Shown here one piece after another: positions 1 to 12,904 of a DNA stretch of 64,000 bases. Location of the stretch: the NCBI RefSeq assembly GCF_006345805.1, contig NC_043025.1, positions 13,702,001-13,766,000 on the forward strand. The letters run 5' to 3'. Positions within the stretch are counted from its first letter, which is position 1. Every line of letters starts with the position of its first letter. Origin of the DNA: Octopus sinensis. Lineage: Eukaryota. A program made the position numbers and the translations under genes. Below the pieces are notes generated by a model, which had not been told where the DNA came from, made no database searches, and worked only from the letters and a program-made list of their open reading frames with translations.

Positions 1-244
1 CCAAACTCCTCGCCCCATCCTTCACTTGTTTCCTCCGTTGATGATGACCAGCACAACTGACCTCCCACACACCTTCAACAATGGACTAAATGGTGATTGG
101 AGCAACAAATATCTTCGGATGTGTAATTTATCAAAAGCTTGGCCCATTTGTCATCAACAGAGCTACAAGCATAAAGTAGAATGGTCAGTGATGGTCATAA
201 GTGGACAAACATGATGGATGTTCTCATCTTTCGTTTTTAATCAT

Positions 245-672
245 GTCAAGTGAAATCGTGGTCACGACCGATGCTGGGGATCATGTCATTGGAACCTGTC
301 GGTGGCACATAAAAATCACTTTTTGAGCGTGGAGCTTCATGGAATCAAGGTGGCCAATGCCGGTGGCACGTTGGGCCTGATGGAGACAATCACAAATGAC
401 CGAGACCTTTGGCATTACGCCATGCTCGAGAAGGAGACCCGTCAAAACAAGCAAAATCACAGACATGGCAGATACAGGTGTCACACAAATCTCACCTGTG
501 CCTGTGACACATAAAAGACCCCGTTACACTCTTGGAGTGGTTGGCGCTTAGGAAGGGCATCCAGCCAAAGAAACCATGCCAAATCAGACAGGAGTCTGGT
601 GCAGCCTTCTAGGTGGCCAGCCCTGGTCAAGTCATTCAAACCATGCCAGCACGGACATTAAATGATGATGAT
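245..672 (+). mobile_element. RTE-type LINE or LINE-tailed SINE 3' end
   Basis: Degenerate ORF2 end (METITNDRDLWHYAMLEK), then the family tail ttaggaagggcatccagc...ggacattaaatgatgatg ending in (GAT)n. Confidence 0.7.
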
Positions 673-1060
673 TAAATTTTGACAGGCCTCTTACTTGGTA
701 CCAAGGTTGTGAAGGAAAGCATCTTGGAAGGGTGAAATTCCATTCACAGCTATAAGCTGATCTCGCCAACACATCAAGGCAATGGGGCCAGAGACAATGT
801 ATCTCTCTTTTAGTGCCTCATAATTTAACACACTCACTGGTAAGATTTCCACTCATTTATTTTTCTTAAATGTATCAATTGATATCGATCAATAGACCTC
901 GACAACAAGGTAGCGATCAATACAGCCATTCGATATTTTCAATACTAAAGAACAACATGTTGCATAGAGTATATGGTGCTATGCGATCCATGTAGCCATG
1001 TTCTACAAGAGTCAAATTCTACTTCAGTGTGCGATCTACAGGTTTCACTTATTTATTATG

Positions 1061-1384
1061 GTGCAGGAGTGGCTGTGTGGTAAGGAGCTTGCTTACAAAC
1101 CACATGGCTCTGGGTTCAGTCCCACCAAAGCCTTGTGAGTGGATTTGGTAGATGGAAACTGAAAGAAGCCCGTCACATATATATATATATGTGTGTTTGT
1201 TCCCCCCAACATTGCTTGACGACTGATGCTGGTGTGTCTACTTCCCCATAACTTAGTGGTTCAGCAAAAAGAGACCGATAGAATAAGTACTAGGCTTACG
1301 AAGAATAAGCCCTGGGGTCGATTTGATCAACTAAAGGCGGTGCTCCAGCATGGCCACAGTCAAATGACTGAAACAAGTAAAAGA

Positions 1385-1386
<2 letters not shown>
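1061..1386 (+). mobile_element. SINE family A, internally deleted copy
   Basis: Head gcaggagtggctgtgtggtaag...gggttcagtccc and tail ccagcatggccacagtcaaatgactgaaacaagtaaaagag, followed by about 22 AT units. Confidence 0.85.
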
Positions 1387-1432
<46 letters not shown>

Positions 1433-1954
1433 CTACTGTCTGCAGTTAAGTGCAATCAAATCTTGAGTAAATATATTTGGTTTCCGCAGTAAAACGTTTA
1501 AGAAACTTGCTTTGCTGCCACACAGCTTGGGAACTCAGTGCCACTGTGAGGCACCTTGGGCAATGAGAACCTTGTGAGTGGATTTGATAGAAGGAAATTG
1601 TGTAAGCTCTTACTTGTCTTAGTCATTGGACTGTGGCCATGCTGGGGCACTGCCTTGAAGAAGTCATTTTTAGTTGGATGACTCAATCCCAGTACTTATT
1701 TTATCAGTGTTTTTTATTGAACTGCTAAGTTACAGGGATATAAACACACCAACGCCATTGTCAAGCAGTGGTGAGGGGCAAACATAGACACGCACACATA
1801 TATATGTACTACAGGCTTCTTTCAGTTTCCATCTAACAAATCCACTCACAAGGCTTTCATCGGCCCAGGGCTATAGCAGAAGACACTTGCCCAAGGTGCC
1901 ACGCAGTGGGGCTGAACCTGGAACCATGTGGTTGGGAAGCAAGATTCTTATTTT

Positions 1955-2125
1955 AGAATTTTTTTACTGCCCACAAGGGGCTACACACAGAGGGGCCAAA
2001 CAAACATGTTAAGTCGATTATATCATCCCCAGTGTGTAACTGGTACTTATTTAATCGACCTTGACGGAATTTGAACTCGGAACGTAAAGACAGACGAAAT
2101 GCCACGCTAACATTTCTGCCAGCTT
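1955..2125 (-). mobile_element. SINE family B fragment
   Basis: Matches the reverse complement of 34571-34786 (cccacaagggg...aactggtacttatttaatcgacc...ttctgccagc). Confidence 0.7.
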
Positions 2126-2789
2126 CTTACCACAGAGACATGCCCGCACACGCGTGTGTATATGTACAAGGGGCTTCTTTCAGTTTCCGTCTACCAAATC
2201 CACCCACAAGGCTTTGGTCAGCCTGAGGTTGTGCTAGAAGATACTTGTCCAAAGTGCCACACAGTGGGATTGAACCCGGAACCATGTGGTTAGGAAGCAC
2301 ACTTCTTATCGCACAGCCATATATGTATATGACAGGCTTCTTTCAGTTTCCATTTACCAAATCCACTCCAAAGGCTATAACAGAAGACACTTGCCCAAGG
2401 TACCATGCAGCGGGAACACATCAAAGACTTCTTCCAATTTTTCTGAATATAAACCTAAGACGTGCAGTTTGTAATTCTTTCCCCCGTGTCTTGAGTTTTC
2501 CTTATTTTTATCTCAGGACTCTGTGTAAGTCTTTGATCACTCCACCAAAATGACAACCAGTGCAGGTTTATTTCTGTCCCTGTAACTTAACGGTACAGCA
2601 AAAAGAGACTAACATCTGCTACCCATGTTGTGTACACACAACCAACATGGTCCCTATATTACAGACAGACCTTTTGTTTCAATTCATTCTGAAAATAACA
2701 AAGAATTTATTGAAATAATTTTGTTGTTAATTAATCTGGATGCTTGTTGCCTCTGGCCCCGATTTCACTCATAGGGTACTCTTAGCGCT

Positions 2790-3540
2790 CCACTGGCAAC
2801 GGATGCCGAGGATTCTAATCCTATGACTGGCAGATGACTTAGGGCTCGGCAAAAAATGAGATGGTTGGATATTACTCATAGTCCCTGTTGGTCATGTTTG
2901 GGAATCGAGCCAGAAAGTGTAAAGATGGCTGTTTCTGATAGGACCCAATTCAAGAGGTGCCTGAACTCTAACCCTTGTGATCCTCATGGATTGATGGAAA
3001 TATCACAGATTCTTCAAGCTGAGCCACCCTGCAGGAAGTCTCAGGGTAGACGAAGAATGAAATGGTTGGATAATATCCATTGTCTGCGTTGGTCATGTTT
3101 AGGAATCCAGCCGGACAGTGTAAGGAGGGTTGCTTCTGATAAGACCCTATGGAAGAGGTGCCTGAGGACCCTCTGCTCACCATCAAAAGCCCAAGAATAG
3201 TGGGCAGAGAAGAGATGGATGGAAAGATCACAGGTTCTTCAAGCCGGACCAACCAGCAGGAGGCCTAGGGGTGGACCAAGAACTAGAGGTCTGGATAATA
3301 TCCATTGCCACAGCTGGTCGTGCTTGGGAATCCAGCAGCAAAAGGTAATGATTGTTGTTTGAGACGGGACCCTAGGGGGGGGAGGATTCTAACCCCATGA
3401 CTTAGGCCAATAACGAGATGGTTGGACATGCATGGGATTCCAACCTGGAACATTTCATGGCAGTTGCTTCTGACAGGACCTTATGGAGGAGAAGCTTGAA
3501 GGGTCTACCTCCATGACCCTCCCAGGAACCGTGGGGAGAG
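2790..3540 (+). mobile_element. Tandemly repeated, diverged RTE-clade ORF2 C-terminal fragments (about 4 units)
   Basis: Repeated peptide GRRRMKWLDNIHCLRWSCLGIQPDSVRRVASDKTLWKRCLR. Units start near 2856, 3057, 3283 and 3414. Resembles the RTE C-terminus GRPRTRW..Y...LAW..LGI.P. Confidence 0.65.
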
Positions 3541-3572
3541 AAGCTGGCTGGCTGGATTTTGCAACAGGTAGA

Positions 3573-3756
3573 TTTCTTTATTGCCCATAAGGGACAGACA
3601 AAGGAATTAAATCGGTTACATTGACCCCAGTGCGTAACTGGTACTTAATTTATCGACCCCGAAAGAATAAGTTGACCTAGGCAGAATGCAACAGCAGATG
3701 AAATACCGCTAAGCATTTCACCTGGCATGCTAACGTTTCTGCCAGCTCGCCGCCTT
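3573..3756 (-). mobile_element. SINE family B copy
   Basis: tttctttattgccc...ccccagtgcgtaactggtacttaatttatcgacccc...ttctgccagctcgccgcct. Confidence 0.8.
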
Positions 3757-3863
3757 CTAGTTGCCAACCCTCCCCCATTTCAAAGCCAGGTGCCATTTCT
3801 CATGGCCAGACATGCTTCTGAGGAAATATTACAAAAACCCATAGCATTGCTTGTGTGATGGGA

Positions 3864-4276
3864 TGATTGCATGTTGTGCCCACAGTCGAACCAATTCTAC
3901 TATATGGCTCAGAAACCTGGACGTTATCAAAGAAGCTTGAGAGGCGGTTGGATGGAACCTACACTCGCCTCCTTATGAGAGCTCAAAATCTCGTGGAAGC
4001 GCCATCCAACCAAAATGCAAATATCTGGGAAACTACTACCTGTATCATCTCTTGGAAAGGTAGGAGAGTCCAGTTTGCTGGACATTGTTGTAGAGCTGGA
4101 AAAGAGGTAATTTCTACTCTTCTCCTCTGGAAGCCATCTACTCGCAATACCAGAGGGCGCACACTCTCCTACCCTGATGTAATCTCCAGGGATACAGGAC
4201 CTCCATAATGCCATGATGGACCGTGAAGTCTGGCGTACCATGGTAAATTCCATTGTCTCGAACAATGATGATGATG
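3864..4276 (+). mobile_element. RTE/RTEX-like LINE 3' fragment with frameshifted ORF2
   Basis: VEPILLYGSETWTLSKKLERRLDGTYTRLLMRAQN ... RRVQFAGHCCRAGKEVISTLLLWKP ... LSYPDVISRDTG ... AMMDREVWRTMVNSIVS, ending in a (GAT)n tail. Confidence 0.85.
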
Positions 4277-5466
4277 TTGTGCCCAACAATGTCAAAACAA
4301 GGAGACACGCATATGTAAAGAAGAAAGAAATATTCTGTGTCCCTATTACATTATGTCATTTGACACAATGCTTAGTTGAGCTACATATATTCAGGGTGGC
4401 CCAAAAGCCACGAAGGGGTCATTTATGTTTTATTTTAAATTTACAATACCTTTGCACCATATACAGTATGTGTACCAGATTTTAACATGTATAAGGAACC
4501 CTCTATTACTTGTTTCACTCATTTGACTGTGGCCATGCTGGAGCACTGCCACTAGTCGAGCAAATCAACCCCAGGACTTATTCTTTGTAATACTAGTACT
4601 TATTCTATCAGTCTCTTTTGCCAAACTGCTAAATTTCGTGGAAGTAAACATACCAGCATCGGTTGTCAAGCAATGTTGGGGGAACAAACACAAACACATA
4701 TATATGTATATTTACCAAGAAAGTTAGGGGTTGTGGGTCTTGTATGTTATTACGGTTGTCATTTTGATAAATAAGTCAACATTTTAATGTCCTAAAGTTG
4801 ATGAACCAACTAATGTGTTTCTCCAGTTTCTTATTTGCTATATATATATATACGACGGGCTTCTTACAGTTTCCGTCTACCAAATCCACTTACAAGACTT
4901 TGGTCGGCCCGACTTATTCTTTGTAAGCCTAGTACTTATTCTATCAGTCTCTTTTGCTGAACCGCTAAGTAACAGGGACGTAAACACTCCAACATCGGTT
5001 GTCAAGGGGACAAACACAGACACACATATATATATACATATACATATATACGACAGGCTTCTTTCAGTTTCCGCCTACCAAATCTACTCACAAGGCATTG
5101 GTCTGTCTGAGGCTATAGTAGAAGACACTTGCCCAAGATGCCACGCAGTGGGACTGAACCCGGAACCATGTGGTTGGTTAGCAAGCTACTTACCATACAG
5201 CCACTCCTGCACCTATATATATATATACGACGGGCTTCTTACAGTTTCCATCTACCAAATCCACTCACAAGGCTTTGGTCAACCCAAGGCTATAGTAGAA
5301 GACACTTGCCCAAGGTGCCACGCAGTGGGAATGAACCCAGAACCATGTGATTGATAAGCAAGCTACTTACCACACAGCCACTCCTGCGCTAAATAATGAT
5401 GATGATGAAAAGGTTTTAAGAATTTCAAATTTCTGAAAACCCGAATGAAACGGTAAATGTACTTAC

Positions 5467-5560
5467 AGTGAGAGTTTCCCGTTTGCGTCCGCTCGTTACA
5501 AATGTAAATCCCTGAGTTTCAATAGCAACTCCAGTTCGTTGGATATGTTCCTCGACATAC
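5467..5560 (-). CDS. Next coding exon (94 nt, phase 2 to phase 0) of the same NTPase, G2/switch I region
   Basis: Acceptor ttctctcacctgtccacag and perfect donor ACT|gtaagt. Translates G-YVEEHIQRTGVAIETQGFTFVTSGRKRETLT. The leading G completes TG|G (Trp) from the upstream exon. Spacing of G1 to the Thr in IETQGF parallels EHD proteins (GQYSTGKT...PEPTTDSF). Confidence 0.88.
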
Positions 5561-5795
5561 CTGTGGACAGGTGAGAGAAGAAGGACAATTAAACAACCAG
5601 CATACTGATAGGAGGTACGTTTATTTCTTATACTGAAAAACTGTAATTAAGTACTGGGGTCAATGTAATCGTTAGCTAAGAAACGAAGTCAGCAACGGAG
5701 GAGGATACTCTGCGAGACTAAGAATAGATTTTCTTTCTGCTTTTTTTACAACAGGAAAAATTTCTGGCTTTGAGCCTATTTTAGGAACTGTATTA

Positions 5796-5937
5796 TTAAC
5801 CCTTTCATGACCAACCTGGCTGAAACCAGCTCTGGCTCTGTAGTACAAATGTTTTGAATTAAAATCTTCCACCAAACCTTAGTCACAATTTATGTTCCTA
5901 ACACTAGCTGAATGATAACTAAGTTATTTTACTAAAT
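5796..5937 (-). mobile_element. Solo truncated copy of the TTAA-CCCTTT piggyBac-type MITE that forms the 36 kb and 53 kb arrays
   Basis: ttaaccctttcatgaccaacctggctgaaacc...ccaaaccttagtcacaatttatgttcctaacactagctg is the reverse complement of the right half of the array unit. Confidence 0.75.
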
Positions 5938-6300
5938 GCATCAAGGACTACATTATCTAATGTGCCCTTCCTTGTTGTTGTTTAGCCCCACGTCAGTTCT
6001 GATCCAGCAGACCAATGATCAAAGATGTTCCAGCTGTGACCATCCTGTCTTTTATTCAGAAATAGTGCATCAAAAACTTCATTATCTAATATGCCCTTCC
6101 TTGAGGCTGTTGTTTAGCCCCAGGCCAGGTCCATTCCAACAGTGACCATCCTGCCTTATTTAGAAACAGTGTACCTAGGTCTACATTATCTAATGTGACC
6201 TTCCCTTTTTTTTGTTAAGACTACTGTAGGCTGTGATTTGAAGGAGGGAGATTCGGCTGCTATTTCAACCAGATTTAGCAACAGAGCTGTGTAGAGGCCT
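5935..6300. repeat. Dispersed element family D (gaccatcctgtcttttattcag and ggctgctatttc modules joined)
   Basis: Contains both the ttagcccc...gaccatcctg...ctacattatctaatg module and the gtgatttga..ggagatt.ggctgctatttc module that are amplified separately in the arrays. Confidence 0.7.
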
Positions 6301-7724
6301 TCTCGTATGGGCTTGGGTCAGCTCAGTCCTATGCGGCTTGGTCATAGCTGCTCCGAGAGACCATTGACCGAAATATATTCATCAAACTATAGTGGAAGGA
6401 GGTAGAGTTGGTATGATAGAACTAGGATGGACAGGTATGTTCACATATTTCCAGTCTGTCTGTCTGTGTGACTGCACCCAGCAGCAGCAGGTGTCCACAT
6501 TCCAAAGTCTGTCAACCTGTTTCTGTTGGCTTTTTGTGGCATTTTACCAAATAACTTCCATTGGTAGACATCTGCTAACACACACACACACACACACACA
6601 TAGGAGGGGAAAAAGAGATAACATGCAGATAGGGAGTGGCTGTGTGGTAGGAAGCTTCGTTCCCAAGCACACGGTTTCAGGTTCAGTCCCACCGCGTGGC
6701 ACCTTGGGCAGGTGTCTCATACCATAGCCTCACACTGACCAAAGCCTTGGGAGTGGATTTCATAGACAGAAACTGAAAGAAGCCCATCATATATATAGTA
6801 AAGTGTCTTGCTCAAGAACACAACACAGCCTGGTCGGGGAATCGAACTTACTACCTCACGATTGGGAGCCTGATACTCTAACCACTGAGCCACGCACCTT
6901 CAGATAGACAGGAAGAGATAGATATATTTCTTTATCAGCCACACAGGGGACAAATTACAAAATAGAGCTTTTCTTTTTGGGGAGAAAAAAATAAAAAGGG
7001 ATCGCGTATCACAGAAATGTAATGATGTAAAGGGGGAAACAGATAAGGTTTATCCGTGAAAAGAAAAGCCTACAGAAAAGATCACAGTAACCTTGGTCAA
7101 TTATGTCACATGTTAGCACATTTATTTGCAAGTAACTCTCTGTTTTAACTTTTTCCAGGTTCATAGGATCATGCTCAAGGTGGCTTCGTCATTCATATGT
7201 GCCATCCTTGCTACATTCACCCATTTTTTTTTTAAAACATTCGCTAGACAAAACTTGCCTCTCTACTCTCACTTTCCTTTTCAAGTGATACTTGAAGAAG
7301 TTGATGAGAGATTGACCAGAGAGGAAAGTGTTTGTCTCCAATCCTTTCAGACGCATCCACCAGAAAGATAGATAGATGGATGGATGGATAGGGAAAGAGA
7401 TGATGGTGGTGGTGGTATTTGAAAATTACGTGGTTGATGATGGGAACATCTAAAATGAATTCTTTGGAGGAAGTCAGGTCTGCGTTAAAAGATGAGACTT
7501 TCCCATGGCCATCGCCGGCTCAGATCTCTTTATGCATATTCATGGTTTTTTTCTTTTCTTTTCTCAGAACTGAGATGACAAGAAATTGGGAGTTTCTCAT
7601 GCAACGATAAATATCCACCCCACCTTCCTGTACAACAGGTTTGTGTTTTGCTTCACTGACCCCTTTTACTTATTTGACTGTGGCCATGCTGGAGCACCTC
7701 AACATTACCTCCTTTTACTCTTTT

Positions 7725-8283
7725 AATTGTTTCAGTCATTTGACTGCGGCCATGCTGGAGCACCACCTTTAATCGAGCAACTCGACCCCAGGACTTATTC
7801 TTTTTGTAAGCCCGGTACTTATTCTATCGGTCTCTTTTGCTGAACCGCTAAGTTACGGGGGACATAAACTCACCACCATCGGTTGTCAAGCGATGTTGGG
7901 GGGATAAATACACACACACACACACACATACATATGTATATATACGACGGGCTTCTTTCAGTTTCCGTCTACCAAATCCACTCACAAGGCTTTGGTCGAC
8001 CCGAGGCTTTAGTAGAAGACACGTACCCAAGGTGCCACGCAGTGGGACTGAACCCGGGACCATGTGGTTGGTAAGCAAGCTACTTACCACACAACCACTC
8101 CTGGGCCTATACACATATACGACGGGCTTCTTTCAGTTTCCGTCTACCAAATCCACTCACAAGGCTTTGATCGACCCGAGGCTATAGTAGAAGACACTTG
8201 CCCGAGGTTCCACACAGTGGGACTGAACCCGGAACCATGTGGTTCATAAGCAAGCTACTTACCACACAGCCACTCCTGTGCCT
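7725..8283 (-). mobile_element. SINE family A copy with tandemly duplicated 5' half
   Basis: Near-full copy 7725-8103 followed by a second 5' half at 8118-8283. Confidence 0.85.
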
Positions 8284-8439
8284 ATGTTTTTAATTAACCA
8301 TGCATTATCTCATAGCTTTGAAATTTCAACGATGTGATTGTTTAGTTTTAGAAGGACATTGTAGGGTCGGTGTGAGAGGCTGGATCTGGCCAGTTTGAAC
8401 ATAAAACAGGTAGAATATAAGGGGAATTTAAATGCCGAA

Positions 8440-8513
8440 AAGATATATATCAATGAGGCAGACCTATGCTTGGTAACCACCAAGCATAGGTCTGCCTCAT
8501 TGATATATATCTT
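8440..8513. repeat. Perfect 35-bp inverted repeat with 4-nt loop
   Basis: aagatatatatcaatgaggcagacctatgcttggt - aacc - accaagcataggtctgcctcattgatatatatctt. Confidence 0.95.
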
Positions 8514-9129
8514 CTAGTCCCGTTAGAAATAGCAACCAAATCTTCCTCAAACCACACCCTGTGTTTTATCTATCTTTAGCATTCAGATTATTCTGTCAAG
8601 TGTAATATCAAGTCTTCCTGTGCATAAAACCCACCGCAATTCTGGGTCAGTTGTTGTCATCATTTAACGTCCATTTTCCCGTTCCTGCATGGGTCAGACG
8701 GAATTTGTCGAGGCAGTGTGAATGATAGAATGTGAGGGAGAATGTAAATGTGTGTGTGTGTATGAATGAAAGAACGTGTGTGTGTGTGTGTGTGTCGCGA
8801 GTAAAGAAAGAAAAAGAAAAAAAAAAACAATCAACGAACGGCCGTGTGTACGTGTATGGGAGAACGAAAGAGTAAGAATGAGCGAATGTGTGCGTGAGAG
8901 CGAGCACGTACGAGTCAGTGCCAAAATGTGTACATAAATATCTATATGTAAGAGTGAGTGAGTGTGTGTGTGTGTGTGTGTGTGTGTATAGTAGGGTTGA
9001 CATTGAAGACTGCTAAACAATGAGGAAGACACGAAAATTAGAATGAATACATTAACACAACACATAACATTACATTACACACGCTTCGACAGAGTGAATA
9101 CATTAAGAGAGTCGGGTCCGTCTCGTCTT

Positions 9130-10370
9130 CCATAATATATTTAAAAGCTCTCACTCCTTCACTATCTATCTCCCTATATAAATGTCTATCTCTCTCTTCC
9201 CTATCTATATATATGTCTATCTATCTCCCAATCTGTCTTCCAAAAATAAATACAGCCACTTTCATTCATTCTCTCCCCAAAAATAAATACGACAGTCACT
9301 CAATCTTTTGTCTTTCTTTCTGCAAAATAAATACATTATGGCACCCAGCCCCTCTCTCTCTCTCTCTCCCCTTATTCCTCTTCATAGAATCGATTCGTTA
9401 ATACCTCCTCGTTTCAGAAGCAACATAAGATTCTCTCCAAGCACCGTCTGTCTGTCAGTCTATCTATATCCATATCCATATAAATCTGTCTATCCATTCA
9501 TCAATCTATCGACGAAATGAATAAAATATTAAAACTACTTCTCTCTCTACACAAGAAATATAGGACACAAACACACACACACGCAGGCTTTCTCTCCTCT
9601 CCATCTTCATACAAAATGAATATATTAAGATTGTACTCCCTCTATCTCTCTACTCAATGAATTTGGGACACGTTCTCTCTCAATCTATCTTATAGTCGAA
9701 TACATCAAGACTCCACCACCTCTCTCTCATATGTGTATCCATCTAACTGCCTGTCTCTCTACTCAGTCTATTTAATGAATTTGGGACACACACTCTCTCT
9801 CTGTATCATTCTATCTACCTTCCCAATAGAACGAATACACACAGACACACACACACACACTCTCTCCCTACAGAATGAATACACACATGCTCTATCTTTC
9901 TACAAATTGAATATATTATAACCACCTCTTCCTTCTCTATCTATCAGTCTATCTATCTCTACTCATCAATTCCGGACGCCTTTTCCTTTCATCCACCTAC
10001 CCACCTGCAGACTAAATATACAAATACTACACCTATCTATCTATATATATCTATATACACGTCTCTCTCTCTCTCTCCTCATGAATATAATAGTCTTTCT
10101 CTTCATCCCTCCATCTACCTACCTACCAAATGAATATATAAAGACTATCTTTCTCTCGTTCTCTCTCCAGAACACATATATTAAGACACACACTCTCTCT
10201 CACTTCCCCTCCACAATAACCACATTATTAAGACACACACTCTCTCTCTCTTTGTTCCCCTCGCCCCCCCTCCACAATAACCACATTATTAAGACACACT
10301 GTCCTTTTCTATAAAATGAACACATTAACACACACACACTCGTCATCCCCCCATCGCTCTCCTCTCCACA
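9130..10370. repeat. CT/CA-rich low-complexity tract
   Basis: Interleaved (CT)n, (CTAT)n and (CA)n runs with recurrent aatgaata(c/t)a motifs. Confidence 0.7.
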
Positions 10371-11130
10371 GAAGAATTTGCAGGAAGAAGACTGAGCAAT
10401 GTCTGTCTGTATGTCACTGAATGTGTGTGTGGCTGCCTTTGCCTAATGTATTGGTGCCTCTGGTCTGAATTTGTGTGCATCTATTCATGTCTATGCGTGT
10501 GTCTGTTCACGTCTCCTCTTCATGTGTGTCTGTATGCATGTGTTCATATACGTGTGTGTACTTGTCTTCTGCTTGTGTTGTGTTGGTGAGCATATATCTG
10601 TCTTCATGTGTGCACTGTACTGTTATTTCGCTTCAGGTATGCGAAGATCCAAAAGACCTAGGATCAAACACAGTCCAACCATGACAATCCCATCTTTTAT
10701 TCATATTATACAGTAGCCAAGGTCAATCATCACTTTCTGCTGCCTCTCTCCACGCTTGCATGGTTTCGATTAATGGCAATCCTACATTCTTTAATAAAGG
10801 CAGTAAGGTGTGTGACGCGAAAATTTGGCTGTTATTTCTAGATCTTATGATCACATAAAGGCTCTCACATTCAGTCAATTTCTTTATTAAACATGAGGTT
10901 GAGAAAAAGAGGGGACAATATGAGGACAGACAAAACACATTGGGGTCAGGGTATCGAAATGGCTGTTGAATGATAGACACACAAAAATGCATAATGGATA
11001 TATACACACATACAGTATGTATATGTGAAGCTGTTTTTATACATATATATATACACACACACCTGTATACAGCCATACACAATCATATATAGTGAAAAAG
11101 AATTTACAGCATGAAGTCATAAATAATATA

Positions 11131-11498
11131 CTCTTTTACTTGTTTCAGTCATTTGACTGGTCATGCTGGAGCACCGCCTTTAGTCGAGCAAATCGACCCC
11201 AGGACTTATTCTTTGTAAGCCTAGTACTTATTCTATTGGGGTCTTTTGCCGAACCGCTAAGTTACGGGGATGTAAACACACCTGCATCGGTTGTCAAGCT
11301 ATATTGGGGGCACAAACACAGACACACAAACTTATACTCACACATACATATATACGACAGGCTTCTTTCAGTTTCCGTCTACCAAATCCACTCACAAGGC
11401 TATAGTATAAGAGAGTTGACCAAGGTGCCACGCAGTGGGACTGAACCTGGAACCATGTGGTTGGTAAGCAAGCTACTTACCACACAGCCACTCCTGCA
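11131..11498 (-). mobile_element. SINE family A, near full length
   Basis: ctcttttacttgtttcagtcatttgactg ... cacacagccactcctgc. Confidence 0.88.
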
Positions 11499-12015
11499 TA
11501 TATATATATTAAACATACATTCAACACACACACATGCACAGGGTATTTATGTTTATATAAAATGGAGAAAATTAACAGAAATAAGCAAGCAAACACACAT
11601 ACGCATTGGTGTTATTGTTTAGCCCTGCCGAAGCAAACCTATTGCCAAAGGTATCCCACCCATGACTCTCAAGTCTCAATTGTATACATAAAACAACATA
11701 TATATGTCCTTTCCGGGCAGATGATACAAAGTGATCCTAAAGAATTTAGCTATTATTTCTAGTAGGTAAAATGACCAACAAATGGTTCCCTCATTGGTTC
11801 GATTATATATACATTGTGTGGGTGGGTGTATATAGTATGTGAGAGAGAAAACGGAGGCATATAAAATTATATATATACATTACGTGGGTGGGTGTATAAA
11901 TTTGTTATGTGAGATACAACGATATAGATTATAAAATACAAACACACACACATATATATATATATTATACATATAGGTAGAAAGGAAAAGAAATTAGACA
12001 TAAAGGTATACATAG

Positions 12016-12352
12016 GTGTAGGAGTGGCTGTGTGGTAAGTAGCTTGCTTACCAACCACATGGTTCCGGGTTCAGTCCCACTGCATGGCATCTTGGGCAAG
12101 TGTCTTCTACTATAGCCTCGGGCCGACCAAAGCCTTGTGAGTGGATTTGATAGACGGAAACTGAAAGAAGCCTGTCGTATATATGTATGTGTTTGTCCCC
12201 CCCAACATCGCTTGACAACCGATGCTGGTGTGTTTACATCCCTGTAACTTAGCGGTTCGACAAAAGACGCTGATAGAATAAGTCCTGGGGTCGATTTGCT
12301 CGACTAAAGGCAGTGCTCCAGCATGGCCGCAGTCAAATGACTGAAACAAACA
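12016..12352 (+). mobile_element. SINE family A, near full length
   Basis: ggtgtaggagtggctgtgtggtaagtagc ... aatgactgaaacaaac. Confidence 0.88.
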
Positions 12353-12389
12353 GAAGAATAACTAAATCATTTAGTTGTTTTGACATCTA

Positions 12390-12466
12390 TTGCCCCCTCT
12401 TTGGAAACCCCATTATCGCCCCCACATCCCTGGAGGGGCAGTACCACTCATTTTGGGAACCACTGA
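12390..12466 (-). mobile_element. hAT/Charlie-like DNA transposon terminus
   Basis: ttttgggaaccactg is the reverse complement of CAGTGGTTCCCAAAA, a typical hAT-Charlie end. Confidence 0.45.
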
Positions 12467-12904
12467 TCTAATGTATCCTTCCTTGTCGTTGTTGTTGTTT
12501 AAGACCTCAAATTAGTTTTGATCTAACCAACCTATATGATTAACGCTGATTGCATAATTAAACTTCATGGCCGTTCCCATAACGATGCTAATTATTGACC
12601 AGAGCATGCAATTAATATCTCTTCCTGCTTCTGCCATACTTTCTCATTACCTCCAGGAGGAAATACCGTTTCCACAACTAAAAGTATTTGGTTCTTTGTC
12701 TGCAGAGAGATATCTTAAGAGGTACATCGAAAAAAGTTAGGAAAAATCTAAATGGGTCCAGGTGTGGCTATGTGGTAAGAAGCTTGCTTCCCAACCACAT
12801 GGTTCCATGTTCAATCCTACTGTGTGACACCGAGGCCAAATGTCTTCTACTGAAAGAAGCCATCATATATATATAGTGTGATAAGAAGCTTGCTTCCCAA
12901 CCAC

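Noticed and set aside
5469-5570. Plus-strand exon reading (ESFPFASARYKCKSLSFNSNSS..., donor CAG|gtgaga)
   Set aside because: It is the antisense of the real exon; the peptide is unrecognisable, while the minus frame completes a G-domain motif.
7430-7640. Open frame interrupted by a single TGA (…HKEI*AGDGHGKV…), possible selenocysteine or readthrough
   Set aside because: No recognisable selenoprotein motif, no SECIS seen, and it crosses an A-rich low-complexity run.
12651-12699. 49-nt minus-strand exon candidate as part of the NTPase
   Set aside because: The phase-2 entry frame hits TAG and would break the contiguous FINW-YVEE motif.
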